DNA of 64,000 nt from a phage. This document shows positions 10,618 to 29,001 of the stretch, piece after piece (the stretch's first letter is position 1; the number at the start of each line of letters is the position of its first letter). The DNA lies in the sequence record PZ386976.1. The stretch is one strand, 5' to 3'. A program made the translations under genes and the position numbers. The notes below the pieces were generated by a model. The model worked only from the letters and a program-made list of their open reading frames with translations. It did no database searches and was not told the origin of the DNA.

Positions 10618-11016
10618 ATGAAAACAGAATCTAGAGTAATTAATGGTAAGAAAGTAAATATCGTTCTGCTTGGGGCAAGAGATGGTATTAAGATGTCTAT
10701 GAAGTTGGGTAAAATTGTTGTTCCAACCTTTGCACAGATGCTATCAAGTCTGACTGACAAGGGTAAGAAGGAAGCTCCAATGGTTCCATTTAAAGAGCTT
10801 GTTGAAGCTTGTTTTGACAGAATTGAAGAAATTAACCTTGAAGAGATGGCTACCTTATTATTTCAAGGGGCAACTGTTGACGACTTCCCACTTAATATTG
10901 ATACGTACTTCCAAGCAAACTATGGTGAGTTCATTGATTACTTAGCATTTGCGCTGGAGGCAAACTTCGGAAGTTTTTTCGAAGCAAGCATTTTCAAAAG
11001 CCTAACTTCTCAGTAA
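10618..11016 (+). CDS. tail assembly chaperone (upstream ORF of frameshift pair)
   Basis: 132 aa ORF directly upstream of tape measure region; slippery heptamer near its 3' end. Confidence 0.45.
   Translation: MKTESRVINGKKVNIVLLGARDGIKMSMKLGKIVVPTFAQMLSSLTDKGKKEAPMVPFKELVEACFDRIEEINLEEMATLLFQGATVDDFPLNIDTYFQANYGEFIDYLAFALEANFGSFFEASIFKSLTSQ
10974..10980 (+). other. candidate -1 programmed frameshift site (T TTT TTC)
   Basis: X XXY YYZ heptamer in zero frame of 10618..11016; -1 frame from here is stop-free and runs into 11019..11258. Confidence 0.45.
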
Positions 11017-11018
11017 AC

Positions 11019-11257
11019 ATGGGTAATACTCTACAGACACCACTGACTGATGCTGCTGTAGAGGCAACCTATGAAGAAGCAGACGAGATGAAATTTGTGC
11101 TTGCTATTTATGGTATGGAAGGGTGTAAAGAAACACTTGACCAACTCTTTGCTATGACATTCTCTGATTTATTATCATTGAGACAATTTCTTGAGATTCA
11201 GAGGTCGTATAAAGAGGAAATTGCTTACAACGAACTTAGAAGAGCAGGAAAAATGTA

Positions 11258-11258
<1 letters not shown>
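11019..11258 (+). CDS. tail assembly chaperone, downstream (-1 frame) segment
   Basis: 79 aa ORF in -1 frame relative to upstream chaperone, immediately before tape measure. Confidence 0.45.
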
Positions 11259-19274
<8,016 letters not shown>

Positions 19275-19276
19275 TA

Positions 19277-20443
19277 ATGGCAGTAGGTGAAATTCAAATT
19301 AGTGCCTTGCCTCAAGCAGCCTTACCAATTGACCTTAGTGATATCTTCCATCTTAAGCAGGGTATTGAGGATAAGAGATGTACTCTTGAGCAATTACTTG
19401 CTCCACACTCAAGCCTAAGAAATAACCCCCACGGTGTTACTAAAACACAAATTGGTTTAGATAACGTTATCAATGCTCTTCAGTTAGTTGCTGCAAATAA
19501 TTTATCAGACATTACTAATGTTGATGAGGCAAGAGCAAATCTACAGATTATGTCTTCAGAAGAGGTTAATAGCCTTGTCCAACAGCATATTAATGATAAG
19601 AGTAATCCACACAATACAACTAAAGCACAGGTTGGTTTAAGTAATGTTCAGAACTGGACAACATCCAACCTTTATAATGAAGATGCAGATAAGTACGCTA
19701 CAGCAAGAGCAGTAAATAACTTGTACAAGGCTGTTCAGGCTTCTTATCCAGTAGGTACTATCCATCTCTCTATGAATCCTGCAAACCCTTCTACATATTT
19801 AATTTGTGGGGGTACTTGGGAGTTAGTTTCAAGAGGAAGAGCACTTGTAGGTTATGATAGTGCTTCTAGGCCAGTTGGTAGTAACTTTGGCTCAAGTAGT
19901 GTTAGCTTATCTAGTAACAATCTACCGTCACATAGCCATTCAATCTACCTAACTGGTGGTGGACATACTCATGGTGCTGCTATTACTATCGATGGATTTG
20001 ATTACGGTAATAAGAGCACAAACAGCTTCGATTATGGAACAAAGACCACTAATAGTACTGGTGCTCACACCCACTCAGTGAGTGGTTCAACAAATACCAC
20101 AGGTAATCACACACACACTGTAGGTGGTCGTTACGGAGGTGACTCTATTGGTGGTAAACAACGTGTTCAGGTCTCAGGGACTGCTCAGGTTTCCAGTGTA
20201 GCTGGTGACCACTCACACACTATTAGCGGTTCAACAAATACCACAGGTAATCACCAACACACTGTTGCAATTGGTGCTCACACGCATACTGTTGCAATTG
20301 GTGCTCATACCCATAAAGGCACAGTAACTTTGCAGTCATCTGAGCATACTCACTCAGGTACTACAGGCACTACAGGTGCTGGTCAAGCATTTAGCGTTGA
20401 ACAACCATCCTTTGTGGTTTATGTATGGCAAAGAACCGCTTAA
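19277..20443 (+). CDS. tail fibre protein with His-box C-terminal domain
   Basis: 388 aa; C-terminus with repeated HxH boxes (SHSHS, HTHG, AHTHSV, NHTHTV, DHSHT, AHTHTV) nearly identical to C-terminus of next ORF. Confidence 0.6.
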   Translation: MAVGEIQISALPQAALPIDLSDIFHLKQGIEDKRCTLEQLLAPHSSLRNNPHGVTKTQIGLDNVINALQLVAANNLSDITNVDEARANLQIMSSEEVNSLVQQHINDKSNPHNTTKAQVGLSNVQNWTTSNLYNEDADKYATARAVNNLYKAVQASYPVGTIHLSMNPANPSTYLICGGTWELVSRGRALVGYDSASRPVGSNFGSSSVSLSSNNLPSHSHSIYLTGGGHTHGAAITIDGFDYGNKSTNSFDYGTKTTNSTGAHTHSVSGSTNTTGNHTHTVGGRYGGDSIGGKQRVQVSGTAQVSSVAGDHSHTISGSTNTTGNHQHTVAIGAHTHTVAIGAHTHKGTVTLQSSEHTHSGTTGTTGAGQAFSVEQPSFVVYVWQRTA

Positions 20444-20493
20444 AAATTCTTTTACAGGGGGCTGTACAGCCCTCTTTCTAGAGGACAAAAATA

Positions 20494-22836
20494 ATGGCAG
20501 ATTACAAGTTGAGTGAATTAAACTCAATCGATACAATCCGTTCAGATGACCTTCTTCATGTCAGGGTTAAAAAGAGACCTGAAATGCTGGGTGATGAAGA
20601 CCGTCGAATGACCTATCAAGATTTCTTAGCATCTTTTAAACTTGAAAGATTTGTTCAGATTGCTGGTAGCACTATGACGGGTGACTTAGGGATTGTTAAG
20701 TTACTTTATGGTGGTAAGGCAGTATTTGACCCAACAGGTTCTTCTGAAATTACTATTGGGGATGTTTTAAAGACTTTTAAACTTAATGCAAATGGTCTTA
20801 AACTAACTATTGCAGATGCTTCAAGGTCAGCAACTGTTTACCATACTCTGAATAAACCAAGTCCTAATGAACTTGGGATGAGAACTAATGAAGAAAATGA
20901 TGCAAGGTATGCAAGACTTGCTTTCACAAATAACTTCAGCATTAGACAAGCAATCATCACTGATGGTGAGCAGTTAACTCTTAAGAAAGCAACAAATGAA
21001 GGCGCTTCATTTATTCAAGGTAGGGATGCTAATAACCAGCAAACTTGGTATGTTGGGCAGGGAAATGCAAACAATAATAGTGTTTATCTGTACAATCATG
21101 CCACTGGTTCAATGTTAACCATTGATGCAACAGCATCATTTAACAAGACACTAAGAATCACTGGACAAGTTCAACCTTCAGATTTCTCTAACTTAGATGC
21201 CAGATACTTCACTCAGACAGTTGCTAATCAGAAATTTGCACAGTTAGCTGGGGATAACACTTTTACAGGTGCTAATACTTTCACTAACCTTGTTGTTAAG
21301 AAGAACGCTAATGCTATTACTTTGCAGAATACTGATGCAAGTACACCACTTTACATTCTCGGTAAGAAGTCTGATGGAACAAATAAATGGTATGTTGGTA
21401 CAGATTCTGAAGATACACGTCTAAACATTTATAACTACCTTACAGGTTCACAGGTTTCACTAGGTACAACTATTGGTATCAATAAAACCGTGCAAGTCAC
21501 TGGACAAGTTCAACCATCTGATTGGTCTAACATTGACTCTAGGTATATTCCGGCAGCAACATTAAGTACAATTGCAAGAACTAATGTTATCAATACATTT
21601 TCTGTACGACAAGTTATCAACTCTGATGGTGAAGCTCTTGCGTTAAAAGCAAAAACTGCAACGACATTGTTCATTAGAGGGTTAGCTGCTGATGGGACAG
21701 CTAAGTGGTATGTTGGTAATGGTGATGATGATAACAATAACAACTTAAGGCTGTTTAACTACAAAACAGGTAAAGGGCTTACCATCGGTTCAGCATTTGA
21801 AATGAATGCAACTTTAGCAATCACTGGACAGGTTCAACCTTCAGATTTCTCTAACTTAGATTCCAGATATTATACGCAATCTGCCGCAAACTCTAGGTAT
21901 ATGCTTTCTTCCTCTTCTGGTACTGGTACAGAGGTAGGTGATAGTGATGGTGTTGCTTGGAATGCTAAAACTGGTCTGTATAATGTTACAGGGAAATCTG
22001 GTGGTTCAACGCAACTGGTCTACCATATGTATCAGGGTAGTAGCTCTACACCATCTGCTCAATTAAAATTTAACTATAGAAATGGTGGTTTTTGGTATAG
22101 GTCAGCAAGAGATGGGTATGGATTTGAGAATACTTGGGCTAAAATCTATACAGACCAAGATAAGCCAACCCCTTCAGATATTGGTGCATACACTAAAGCA
22201 GAAACTGACCGGAAGATTGCGCAGGCAATTAGTGACTCTACAGACCTGAATAAAATCTATCCAGTGGGTATTGTAACGTGGTTTAACAGTAATGTTGACC
22301 CTAATACTGCACTTCCTGGATTAACTTGGACGTACCTGAACAATGGTGTTGGTAGAACTATCAGAATTGCAGCAGCAAACGGTTCAGATGTTGCTACAAC
22401 TGGCGGTTCAGATTCTGTAACGTTATCTGTTGGTGACTTACCTTCACATACCCACAGCTTCTCAGCTACAACGTCAAGCTTTGACTATGGTACGAAGACA
22501 TCTAACAGTACTGGTGCTCATACACACTCGGTTAGTGGTTCTACTAACAACACTGGTGCTCATACACACACTGTAGGTGGTCGTTACGGTGGTGACTCCA
22601 TCGGTGATAAACAGCGTGTTCAGGTATCAGGAACAAACCAAGTGTCAAGCTCTGCTGGCGCTCACGCTCACACTGTATCAGGTACTGCTGCATCCGCTGG
22701 CGCTCACTCTCACACAGTAGGTATCGGTGCTCATACCCACACAGTATCTGGTAACACTGGTGGTACAGGTTCTGGTTCAGCATTTAGTGTTACTAACCAG
22801 TTCTACAAGTTAATGGCTTGGGTGAGAACTGCTTAA
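20494..22836 (+). CDS. long tail fibre protein with three internal repeats and His-box C-terminal domain
   Basis: 780 aa; three ~100 aa repeats each ending ITGQVQPSD(F/W)SN(L/I)D(A/S)RY; C-terminal HxH boxes shared with 19277..20443. Confidence 0.65.
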   Translation: MADYKLSELNSIDTIRSDDLLHVRVKKRPEMLGDEDRRMTYQDFLASFKLERFVQIAGSTMTGDLGIVKLLYGGKAVFDPTGSSEITIGDVLKTFKLNANGLKLTIADASRSATVYHTLNKPSPNELGMRTNEENDARYARLAFTNNFSIRQAIITDGEQLTLKKATNEGASFIQGRDANNQQTWYVGQGNANNNSVYLYNHATGSMLTIDATASFNKTLRITGQVQPSDFSNLDARYFTQTVANQKFAQLAGDNTFTGANTFTNLVVKKNANAITLQNTDASTPLYILGKKSDGTNKWYVGTDSEDTRLNIYNYLTGSQVSLGTTIGINKTVQVTGQVQPSDWSNIDSRYIPAATLSTIARTNVINTFSVRQVINSDGEALALKAKTATTLFIRGLAADGTAKWYVGNGDDDNNNNLRLFNYKTGKGLTIGSAFEMNATLAITGQVQPSDFSNLDSRYYTQSAANSRYMLSSSSGTGTEVGDSDGVAWNAKTGLYNVTGKSGGSTQLVYHMYQGSSSTPSAQLKFNYRNGGFWYRSARDGYGFENTWAKIYTDQDKPTPSDIGAYTKAETDRKIAQAISDSTDLNKIYPVGIVTWFNSNVDPNTALPGLTWTYLNNGVGRTIRIAAANGSDVATTGGSDSVTLSVGDLPSHTHSFSATTSSFDYGTKTSNSTGAHTHSVSGSTNNTGAHTHTVGGRYGGDSIGDKQRVQVSGTNQVSSSAGAHAHTVSGTAASAGAHSHTVGIGAHTHTVSGNTGGTGSGSAFSVTNQFYKLMAWVRTA

Positions 22837-22843
22837 TCCATTG

Positions 22844-22872
22844 TTGACTGATTGTTAAGATGGTGTTAATAT
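22844..22872 (+). promoter_or_regulatory. sigma70-like promoter (TTGACT-17-TAATAT)
   Basis: TTGACT at 22844-22849, 17 nt spacer, TAATAT at 22867-22872; inverted repeat agatggtg/caccatct flanks -10 and 5'UTR. Confidence 0.4.
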
Positions 22873-22915
22873 TCTTTATGGGTATTCTCACCATCTTGGC
22901 TGATGAGGTGATTAA

Positions 22916-23113
22916 ATGCCTACAATCCTAGCAATTCTTCTAAAAAATCTAGGTAGCTTCTTCTGGAAACTCATTTTATCCCTTCTAAGTGAATACATGA
23001 TTGAGAAAGTGTTCTTTAGGCTTGCAAGATACCTTGCGAGTAAAACAGACACACCTATTGATGATGAGTTCGTAGATAACTTAGAAAAAGCTTTTAAGGG
23101 GGAGAATAAATGA
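22916..23113 (+). CDS. small hypothetical protein, hydrophobic N-terminus
   Basis: 65 aa; hydrophobic N-terminal stretch. Confidence 0.3.
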   Translation: MPTILAILLKNLGSFFWKLILSLLSEYMIEKVFFRLARYLASKTDTPIDDEFVDNLEKAFKGENK

Positions 23114-23481
23114 AGTGGCTAGAGGAAGCTTTTAAAAATAATATTGGTGCAATTGTAGTTGGTATTTTTAGTGTTATTGGGATGTATACCACCATGCAAG
23201 TCTCGGATGGTAAGCAAGAAGTGTCTATCACAACAAAGTTACAGCAGTTAGATAATTATTCCAAAAGTAATTATTCAGCTATTCGTGATTTACAGTCTGA
23301 TATGAGGCTGCTTCAGCTAGGGATGGAGAACCAGAAAGTCCAGTTAGAGAATGTTAAGGGAGAGAACGCAAAACTTACTAAGACTCTTGATAAATTCTCT
23401 GATAGTGTGAACAATCTGGCTCAATCAGTATCAGCCCTCCAAGCTATTACTGAAAAGAACACAAAGAATACTGAAAAGTAA
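23110..23481 (+). CDS. hypothetical membrane-anchored coiled-coil protein
   Basis: 123 aa; N-terminal TM-like IGAIVVGIFSVIGMY then Q/L/N-rich helical region. Confidence 0.3.
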   Translation: MKWLEEAFKNNIGAIVVGIFSVIGMYTTMQVSDGKQEVSITTKLQQLDNYSKSNYSAIRDLQSDMRLLQLGMENQKVQLENVKGENAKLTKTLDKFSDSVNNLAQSVSALQAITEKNTKNTEK

Positions 23482-23486
23482 GATTT

Positions 23487-23516
23487 AAGGCTCCTTTTTA
23501 CGGGAGCCTTTTTTGT
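23487..23516 (+). terminator. rho-independent terminator at convergent gene junction
   Basis: aaggctcc ...loop... gggagcctt followed by TTTTTTG; lies between plus-strand block and minus-strand td. Confidence 0.6.
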
Positions 23517-23517
23517 T

Positions 23518-24417
23518 TTATTTACCTACTGACAAAGGTGCTTCAATCTTTCCTGCATGTTGATAGTTGCTAATACCACCAATAAAGTCACTTGCAGTAA
23601 GATGTTTCAGGTCACTTAAAGTATTTAGTTGTAGACCAATCTCAAAAGTTGGTGCATGAAACTCTTCATTGTTCATCAGTTCGTAAACCTGCTTCATGTG
23701 GTTCTGATAAATCTGAGTATCTCCAAAGACACCTATCAAATATCGTGGAGTGTATCCAGTCATCTTACAAAGAACTTCCAGAATAAAACCATAAGATGCA
23801 ATATTAAACGGAAGTCCTAAAAAGGTGTCTACTGAACGCTGATACCATTGTAAGTCAACTTCACCCTCATTAGTGATATAAATCTGAAACAGAACATGAC
23901 AAGGTGCTAAAGCCATTGAGTTTGCTGCAATATCTGCTGCATTCCAAGCATTAACAAGCATGTAACGGTCTGTGATATCACCCTTCATCTTCGTTACTAA
24001 GGTCTCTAACTGGTCTACAACACAACCATTATGACCTTCAAAGTTTCTCCACTGAACCCCATAGATTCTCCCACCTGCATCATCTAACCAATCTTGTTCA
24101 GAAGAGTAATTAGAGCTTAACCAGCGTTTAAAATCATCTGACCAGATAGTCCATCGTTCCCCATCATTTTCACCCCAAGTGCGATAACGGAGTTCACCTA
24201 GCTTATTCTCACCGTTCAGGAACCACAGAGCTTCCCCAATAACTTGCCGTGTAAACACCTGTTTAGATGTTAAGAGTGGGAAACCAGTTCGCATATCAAA
24301 ACGAAACTGAGGTGGAGCAAATGCAGAGATAACATCTCCAGTTCGTGTAGTACGCAGTTCACCAACTGATAAAACATGGTTCAGGATATTTTTGTAACTT
24401 GAATCTGCTTGTGACAT
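23518..24417 (-). CDS. td: thymidylate synthase
   Basis: ThyA motifs: LWFLNGEN, ALAPCHVLFQ, YQRSVDTFLGLPFNIASYG. Confidence 0.9.
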   Translation of the reverse strand: MSQADSSYKNILNHVLSVGELRTTRTGDVISAFAPPQFRFDMRTGFPLLTSKQVFTRQVIGEALWFLNGENKLGELRYRTWGENDGERWTIWSDDFKRWLSSNYSSEQDWLDDAGGRIYGVQWRNFEGHNGCVVDQLETLVTKMKGDITDRYMLVNAWNAADIAANSMALAPCHVLFQIYITNEGEVDLQWYQRSVDTFLGLPFNIASYGFILEVLCKMTGYTPRYLIGVFGDTQIYQNHMKQVYELMNNEEFHAPTFEIGLQLNTLSDLKHLTASDFIGGISNYQHAGKIEAPLSVGK

Positions 24418-24418
24418 A

Positions 24419-24964
24419 TCAAAAGTGCCCTTTTACTTGTGGAACATAAATTTCAAAAGTTGCTTTACCATCCTCTGATGGTTTTGACTGTACCTTTGTA
24501 AATACACGGTTATCATACAGCTTCTCGAAGAAGTTTTCAAAAGGTAAATGCACAGTGGCCTCTTCAGTAACTTTATGGAAAACTGTATGGAACACTACAT
24601 CAGCATACGGTAAAGCATTGACAAGGACACCTGCACCACCAATTACAAAGACATCTTCATCAATAGAGCTATCAAGATACTTCAAAAATGCTCCAAATGA
24701 CTCTTTGCTGGCTTTAGCATACATTACCTCATCTTTGCCAAAGTCTATGCCTAAGTATGGTACAGAGTTTGTTAAGATTAGGTTTGCACGTTCTGGTAAA
24801 GGTTTACTACCCAGAGTCTTAAAAGTCTCGTTACCCATTACTACTAAGTTGTTTTTAGTGAGCCTCTTAAACTCTTGCATGTCCTGTTTATGTCGAGGCC
24901 ACGGCATACCAGTTGGAGTACCAAACTCCCCATTTTCACCACTTGCAAAGATTAGTTTAATCAT
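24419..24964 (-). CDS. frd: dihydrofolate reductase
   Basis: DHFR N-terminus (IFASGENGEFGTPTGMPW...) and length 181 aa; directly upstream of td on same strand. Confidence 0.8.
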   Translation of the reverse strand: MIKLIFASGENGEFGTPTGMPWPRHKQDMQEFKRLTKNNLVVMGNETFKTLGSKPLPERANLILTNSVPYLGIDFGKDEVMYAKASKESFGAFLKYLDSSIDEDVFVIGGAGVLVNALPYADVVFHTVFHKVTEEATVHLPFENFFEKLYDNRVFTKVQSKPSEDGKATFEIYVPQVKGHF

Positions 24965-25221
24965 TTTGTAAATCCTTTCTTAATGAACCAGTTGATAACA
25001 TTCTTCACAGCTTTATTGCTATGGTAGATTAAGTGTGGTGTAGGTTGGTATGAACCATAAGCCCAGAATGATAGATGCTCACCACAACCAACACATGTAG
25101 TGCTTTCTTCAGCTATATGACCATTAACAATCTCATGAACTTCACCTTGCAAGTCTGTACACCCACAATGGGGACAACGAATAGGTGTTCCATCAGGCTC
25201 ATAGCAGTGTTCAATTTTCAT
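24961..25221 (-). CDS. small zinc-ribbon protein
   Basis: 86 aa; CPHCGC ... CVGCGEH cysteine pairs. Confidence 0.35.
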   Translation of the reverse strand: MKIEHCYEPDGTPIRCPHCGCTDLQGEVHEIVNGHIAEESTTCVGCGEHLSFWAYGSYQPTPHLIYHSNKAVKNVINWFIKKGFTK

Positions 25222-25743
25222 TTATTTAACCTCAAAAACTGGCTCAAGAACCAATATAAAGTCTACACAGTCATCTTCTTCATCGAGAATACCATCAAAG
25301 TTCTTAGGAACGAAGTCGAAGAGGCTCATAGAGTAGCGGTCAGAAGTAATCCTGATAGTTCCTCCGATATTCTCTACAGTTAATATTGTACGGCTTTCTG
25401 TTACCTCACTAAGAAGATTACTTACAAAGTCATCTAAGAAGTGCTTCATCAGTGATTTAAAGCCTTTAGGGTAATCTGTACCAGAGTATGTTTCAATCTG
25501 AGGTACAAGCTTAACATTGATACCAGTCTTTGTTAAGAATGTGCTAGAGAACATGCTATCAGGTAGCTTGCAAACAATCTTTCCAGTACCTTCATGTTCA
25601 ATCTCAACAAAACCAGCTTCATCGCCACATGTGACTATTTTAAAAGATGCTTCATTCTCATACTGTGAAGCCATAAACTTTTTAAGCATCTCTTTAAGGA
25701 AATCTGCATGAGCATCTTGTAAGTAAATATCAATCATAATCAA
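25222..25743 (-). CDS. hypothetical protein
   Basis: 173 aa ORF; no motif recognised. Confidence 0.3.
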   Translation of the reverse strand: MIMIDIYLQDAHADFLKEMLKKFMASQYENEASFKIVTCGDEAGFVEIEHEGTGKIVCKLPDSMFSSTFLTKTGINVKLVPQIETYSGTDYPKGFKSLMKHFLDDFVSNLLSEVTESRTILTVENIGGTIRITSDRYSMSLFDFVPKNFDGILDEEDDCVDFILVLEPVFEVK

Positions 25744-25750
25744 TCACCTA

Positions 25751-26110
25751 TTATGGGAACAGACACTTGATGTCATCATTTTTGAAAACAAAGCTTGTGT
25801 AGTTGTGACCATCAACATCCAGCCAAACCGCCTGAACATCCACACCATCAAGATTGTGGTAAAGCTCTTTGATGAAGTGGTCTTTCACAACCTGACTACT
25901 AGTTGTTTCCAGCTTAATGTTTGAGATTGCTGAACCTACAGCCATATAACCCATGACACGTTTCTTCTCAGTATGCTTAATCTTACCATCTTTGTAAGCC
26001 ATAATGAGATTGGAAAGAATCTTCACACCATAATACTTTTCAAGGTGAGTAGGTACACCATAAAAACCTAATGCAAAGTTTTCAGAGTGGATAATGTTTT
26101 CACGTTTCAT
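25751..26110 (-). CDS. hypothetical protein
   Basis: 119 aa ORF. Confidence 0.3.
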   Translation of the reverse strand: MKRENIIHSENFALGFYGVPTHLEKYYGVKILSNLIMAYKDGKIKHTEKKRVMGYMAVGSAISNIKLETTSSQVVKDHFIKELYHNLDGVDVQAVWLDVDGHNYTSFVFKNDDIKCLFP

Positions 26111-26111
26111 A

Positions 26112-26441
26112 TTAATCTGCCAGCCTTAAATTAAAATTAACACCAAATTTTTCGCATACCTCCAACATATACTCAAGGGATACATTACCAGTGAGGTGGA
26201 TTATGTTGGATACACGAGCCTGAGAGATACCACAAATTTTAGCAACTTGCTCTTGAGAAAGACCTCTGGATTTAATCTCTCTCTTAAAACGATGTGCAAC
26301 GAAATCTCTCATTTCGTCTACATCCATTGGACAAATATAACTCTCCATTTCAGCCTCTCTGTCAGCCTCCCAATCATCTTGTGGAGCATAAGGGTCAAAA
26401 ATCTCATTCATCTTTCTTCTTCCGTTTGCGTGAAGTGTCAA
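26112..26441 (-). CDS. putative HTH (XRE-like) DNA-binding protein
   Basis: C-terminal LSQEQVAKICGISQARVSNI resembles XRE-family helix-turn-helix. Confidence 0.4.
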   Translation of the reverse strand: MTLHANGRRKMNEIFDPYAPQDDWEADREAEMESYICPMDVDEMRDFVAHRFKREIKSRGLSQEQVAKICGISQARVSNIIHLTGNVSLEYMLEVCEKFGVNFNLRLAD

Positions 26442-26616
26442 TCAATGAATCTATGTTTGTAGCCCGAACCTTTTCACGTTCATCGTTAAGGTAATCATCA
26501 AGAGCCTTTTCAATCTGTGAATCGTCTTGACAGATAACTGTAAAGACTGTAAAGCCGTCTGTATCGTCAATTATCTTACCATAACCGCTTCTGGGATGTA
26601 ACTTTTTAAGAGCCAT
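26404..26616 (-). CDS. small hypothetical protein
   Basis: 70 aa ORF overlapping start of HTH gene. Confidence 0.25.
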   Translation of the reverse strand: MALKKLHPRSGYGKIIDDTDGFTVFTVICQDDSQIEKALDDYLNDEREKVRATNIDSLIDTSRKRKKKDE

Positions 26617-26617
26617 A

Positions 26618-27001
26618 TCAAATACCTGTGCAGCTTCTGTTTTCTAAGAAATATTCAACACCGTACATAGCTTTTTGCATCAAATCTTCTTTAAACTGGA
26701 TACGATGGTTGAGCATAGCCTGTACATCAATATCATCATGGTGCTTCTCTTTAATATTTGCAGATTGCAGGAAATACTCTGCAAGAACACGATATTGATA
26801 GTCAGTTACCTTATCAGTCATCTCTGTCAAAGACTCTTCAGAGATTGGTTTAAGTAACTCACCATTAGTTAGAGCAACACCTTTTACAATCTGGCAAGTG
26901 TCTTCTGGAACACCTGATAAGTCCACATTTGGAAGTTCTGTTGCATTGACTGGTAAATTTATTGCCATGACCATTGCAGCAGCTAATAAAATCTTTTTCA
27001 T
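26618..27001 (-). CDS. secreted/periplasmic small protein
   Basis: N-terminal signal peptide MKKILLAAAMVMAINLPVNA; 127 aa. Confidence 0.4.
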   Translation of the reverse strand: MKKILLAAAMVMAINLPVNATELPNVDLSGVPEDTCQIVKGVALTNGELLKPISEESLTEMTDKVTDYQYRVLAEYFLQSANIKEKHHDDIDVQAMLNHRIQFKEDLMQKAMYGVEYFLENRSCTGI

Positions 27002-27099
27002 AATGACCTCAAAGTTATATTAAATTTTGTATTACATTGAGTATAAAAATAAGCTATAACACCTGACTTGTCAACAGATTTTATAGCTTATTTGGCAGA

Positions 27100-27521
27100 T
27101 TTTTTATAAGGCTACTGCCATCCTTCCATACCAAACCCTACCGAACAGAACCATGCTTTGCCATACTGGACAACACCTGACCAGACATCACTTAAAAACC
27201 CTTTTCAAAGACTCTTAAGTGATGTAATCGAATTTTAATGTAGCTCCGATTAACTACCCATACCTTGCATTACTTCACCAAACCGTACATTACTTCACCA
27301 AACCATACATTACCAGACCATGCCACACCTGTCCAAACTCAACCTCATTAAAAGACCCTCTTTAAAGACCTTTTAATAAGGTAAGTCTCATTTTTATGTA
27401 GTTGAGACTAACTACCCATACTTTACCTTACCATACCAGACCTCACCCCGCCTTACCGCACCAGACAGCACAATGCAGTACAGTACCTTATTAAAAGACC
27501 CTGTTTAAAGACCTTTTAAAA
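27100..27521. repeat. repeat array A: C-rich/G-poor tracts plus three hairpin families
   Basis: H1 palindrome acatcacttaa-19 nt-ttaagtgatgt at 27185-27225; H2 agtctca...tgagact+aactacccatac at 27381-27421 with variant at 27226-27264; box ttaaaagaccctNtttaaagacc at 27348-27380 and 27489-27524. Confidence 0.6.
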
Positions 27522-27545
27522 AGGAGCCTCCGAAGAGGCTACCTA
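27522..27545 (-). terminator. rho-independent terminator (minus strand) after 27552..27992
   Basis: minus-strand agcctc-ttcg-gaggct hairpin followed by TTTTT. Confidence 0.5.
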
Positions 27546-27551
27546 GTCAAC

Positions 27552-27992
27552 TTAGAAAGGTTTTCTACGTTGCTTGTTAATGTTAGCTTTCATAGCAGCT
27601 AAGTGGTTTTGCTGTTCAATCAGTCGTGAGCGTTCTTGATGGCTAAGTGCCATAGTGTTCACATTCTCAATAGCTTGAGTGGCTTGCTTTAAAGCTCGAC
27701 CAATCTTACCAGACATTTTACGTTTTGCAATAGTTGCTTGATGTTTAGGTTCAACCACACGATAACCAACACCCATTGAAGCAACCAGATAAATCTTCTC
27801 TTCTTTAAGAAGCTTCTCAATAAACTTCTCAAGTCGGTTTAGACGTGTAAGCGCATAAGCCTTCATTTCATCTTCGTACTTAACAATGTCACCTTGATAA
27901 GTTGGCTTCACAATACCTAAGAAGGTATCCATCTCAGAATGTGATACAGTGTCACCGTAACTAAACTTTGCTGCTAATGCTTTTGTATTCAT
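27552..27992 (-). CDS. hypothetical protein (cassette gene 2)
   Basis: 146 aa; basic C-terminus; no motif recognised. Confidence 0.35.
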   Translation of the reverse strand: MNTKALAAKFSYGDTVSHSEMDTFLGIVKPTYQGDIVKYEDEMKAYALTRLNRLEKFIEKLLKEEKIYLVASMGVGYRVVEPKHQATIAKRKMSGKIGRALKQATQAIENVNTMALSHQERSRLIEQQNHLAAMKANINKQRRKPF

Positions 27993-27994
27993 AA

Positions 27995-28600
<606 letters not shown>

Positions 28601-28659
28601 TTAGTTGATTGTTAAGTTGTTTGTAAAGAACCCTCAACAGAAGACTCTTTAGAAACTTG

Positions 28660-28985
28660 GTAGATTTTTAACGTGGCTACTACCATCCACCCATACCTCA
28701 CATCACCATACCATACCATACCTGACCGGACCTAACCAAACTCCACAGCACCATACATCACATCACACAGCCTTATTAAAAGACCCTGTTTAAAGACCCT
28801 TTAAAAAGGTAAGTCTCATTTTAATGTAGCTGAGACTAACTACCCATACCAAACAGCACCGCACTATGCCTTACCCCACCTCACCGAGCCTCGCCCCACA
28901 TCACTTAAAAACCCTTTTCAAAGACTCTTAAGTGATGTTGGTGAGTACCCGTTGGTTTATGCTGCTCAGTATACTCACCAAATTT
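28660..28985. repeat. repeat array B: same element families as array A in different order
   Basis: box at 28774-28809; H2 at 28809-28850; H1 at 28898-28938 (identical to 27185-27225); extra hairpin ggtgagta...tactcacc at 28939-28980. Confidence 0.6.
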
Positions 28986-29001
28986 TCTATGTCAACAACT
29001 T

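Noticed and set aside
22916-23481. Two small proteins after the tail fibre genes as a holin/antiholin pair
   Set aside because: Hydrophobic segments are present, but the lysis enzymes and spanins are about 38 kb away; left as hypothetical membrane proteins.
26112-26441. HTH protein as evidence for a lysogeny (repressor/integrase) module
   Set aside because: No integrase, excisionase or attachment-site features seen; a single XRE-like HTH among early genes is insufficient.
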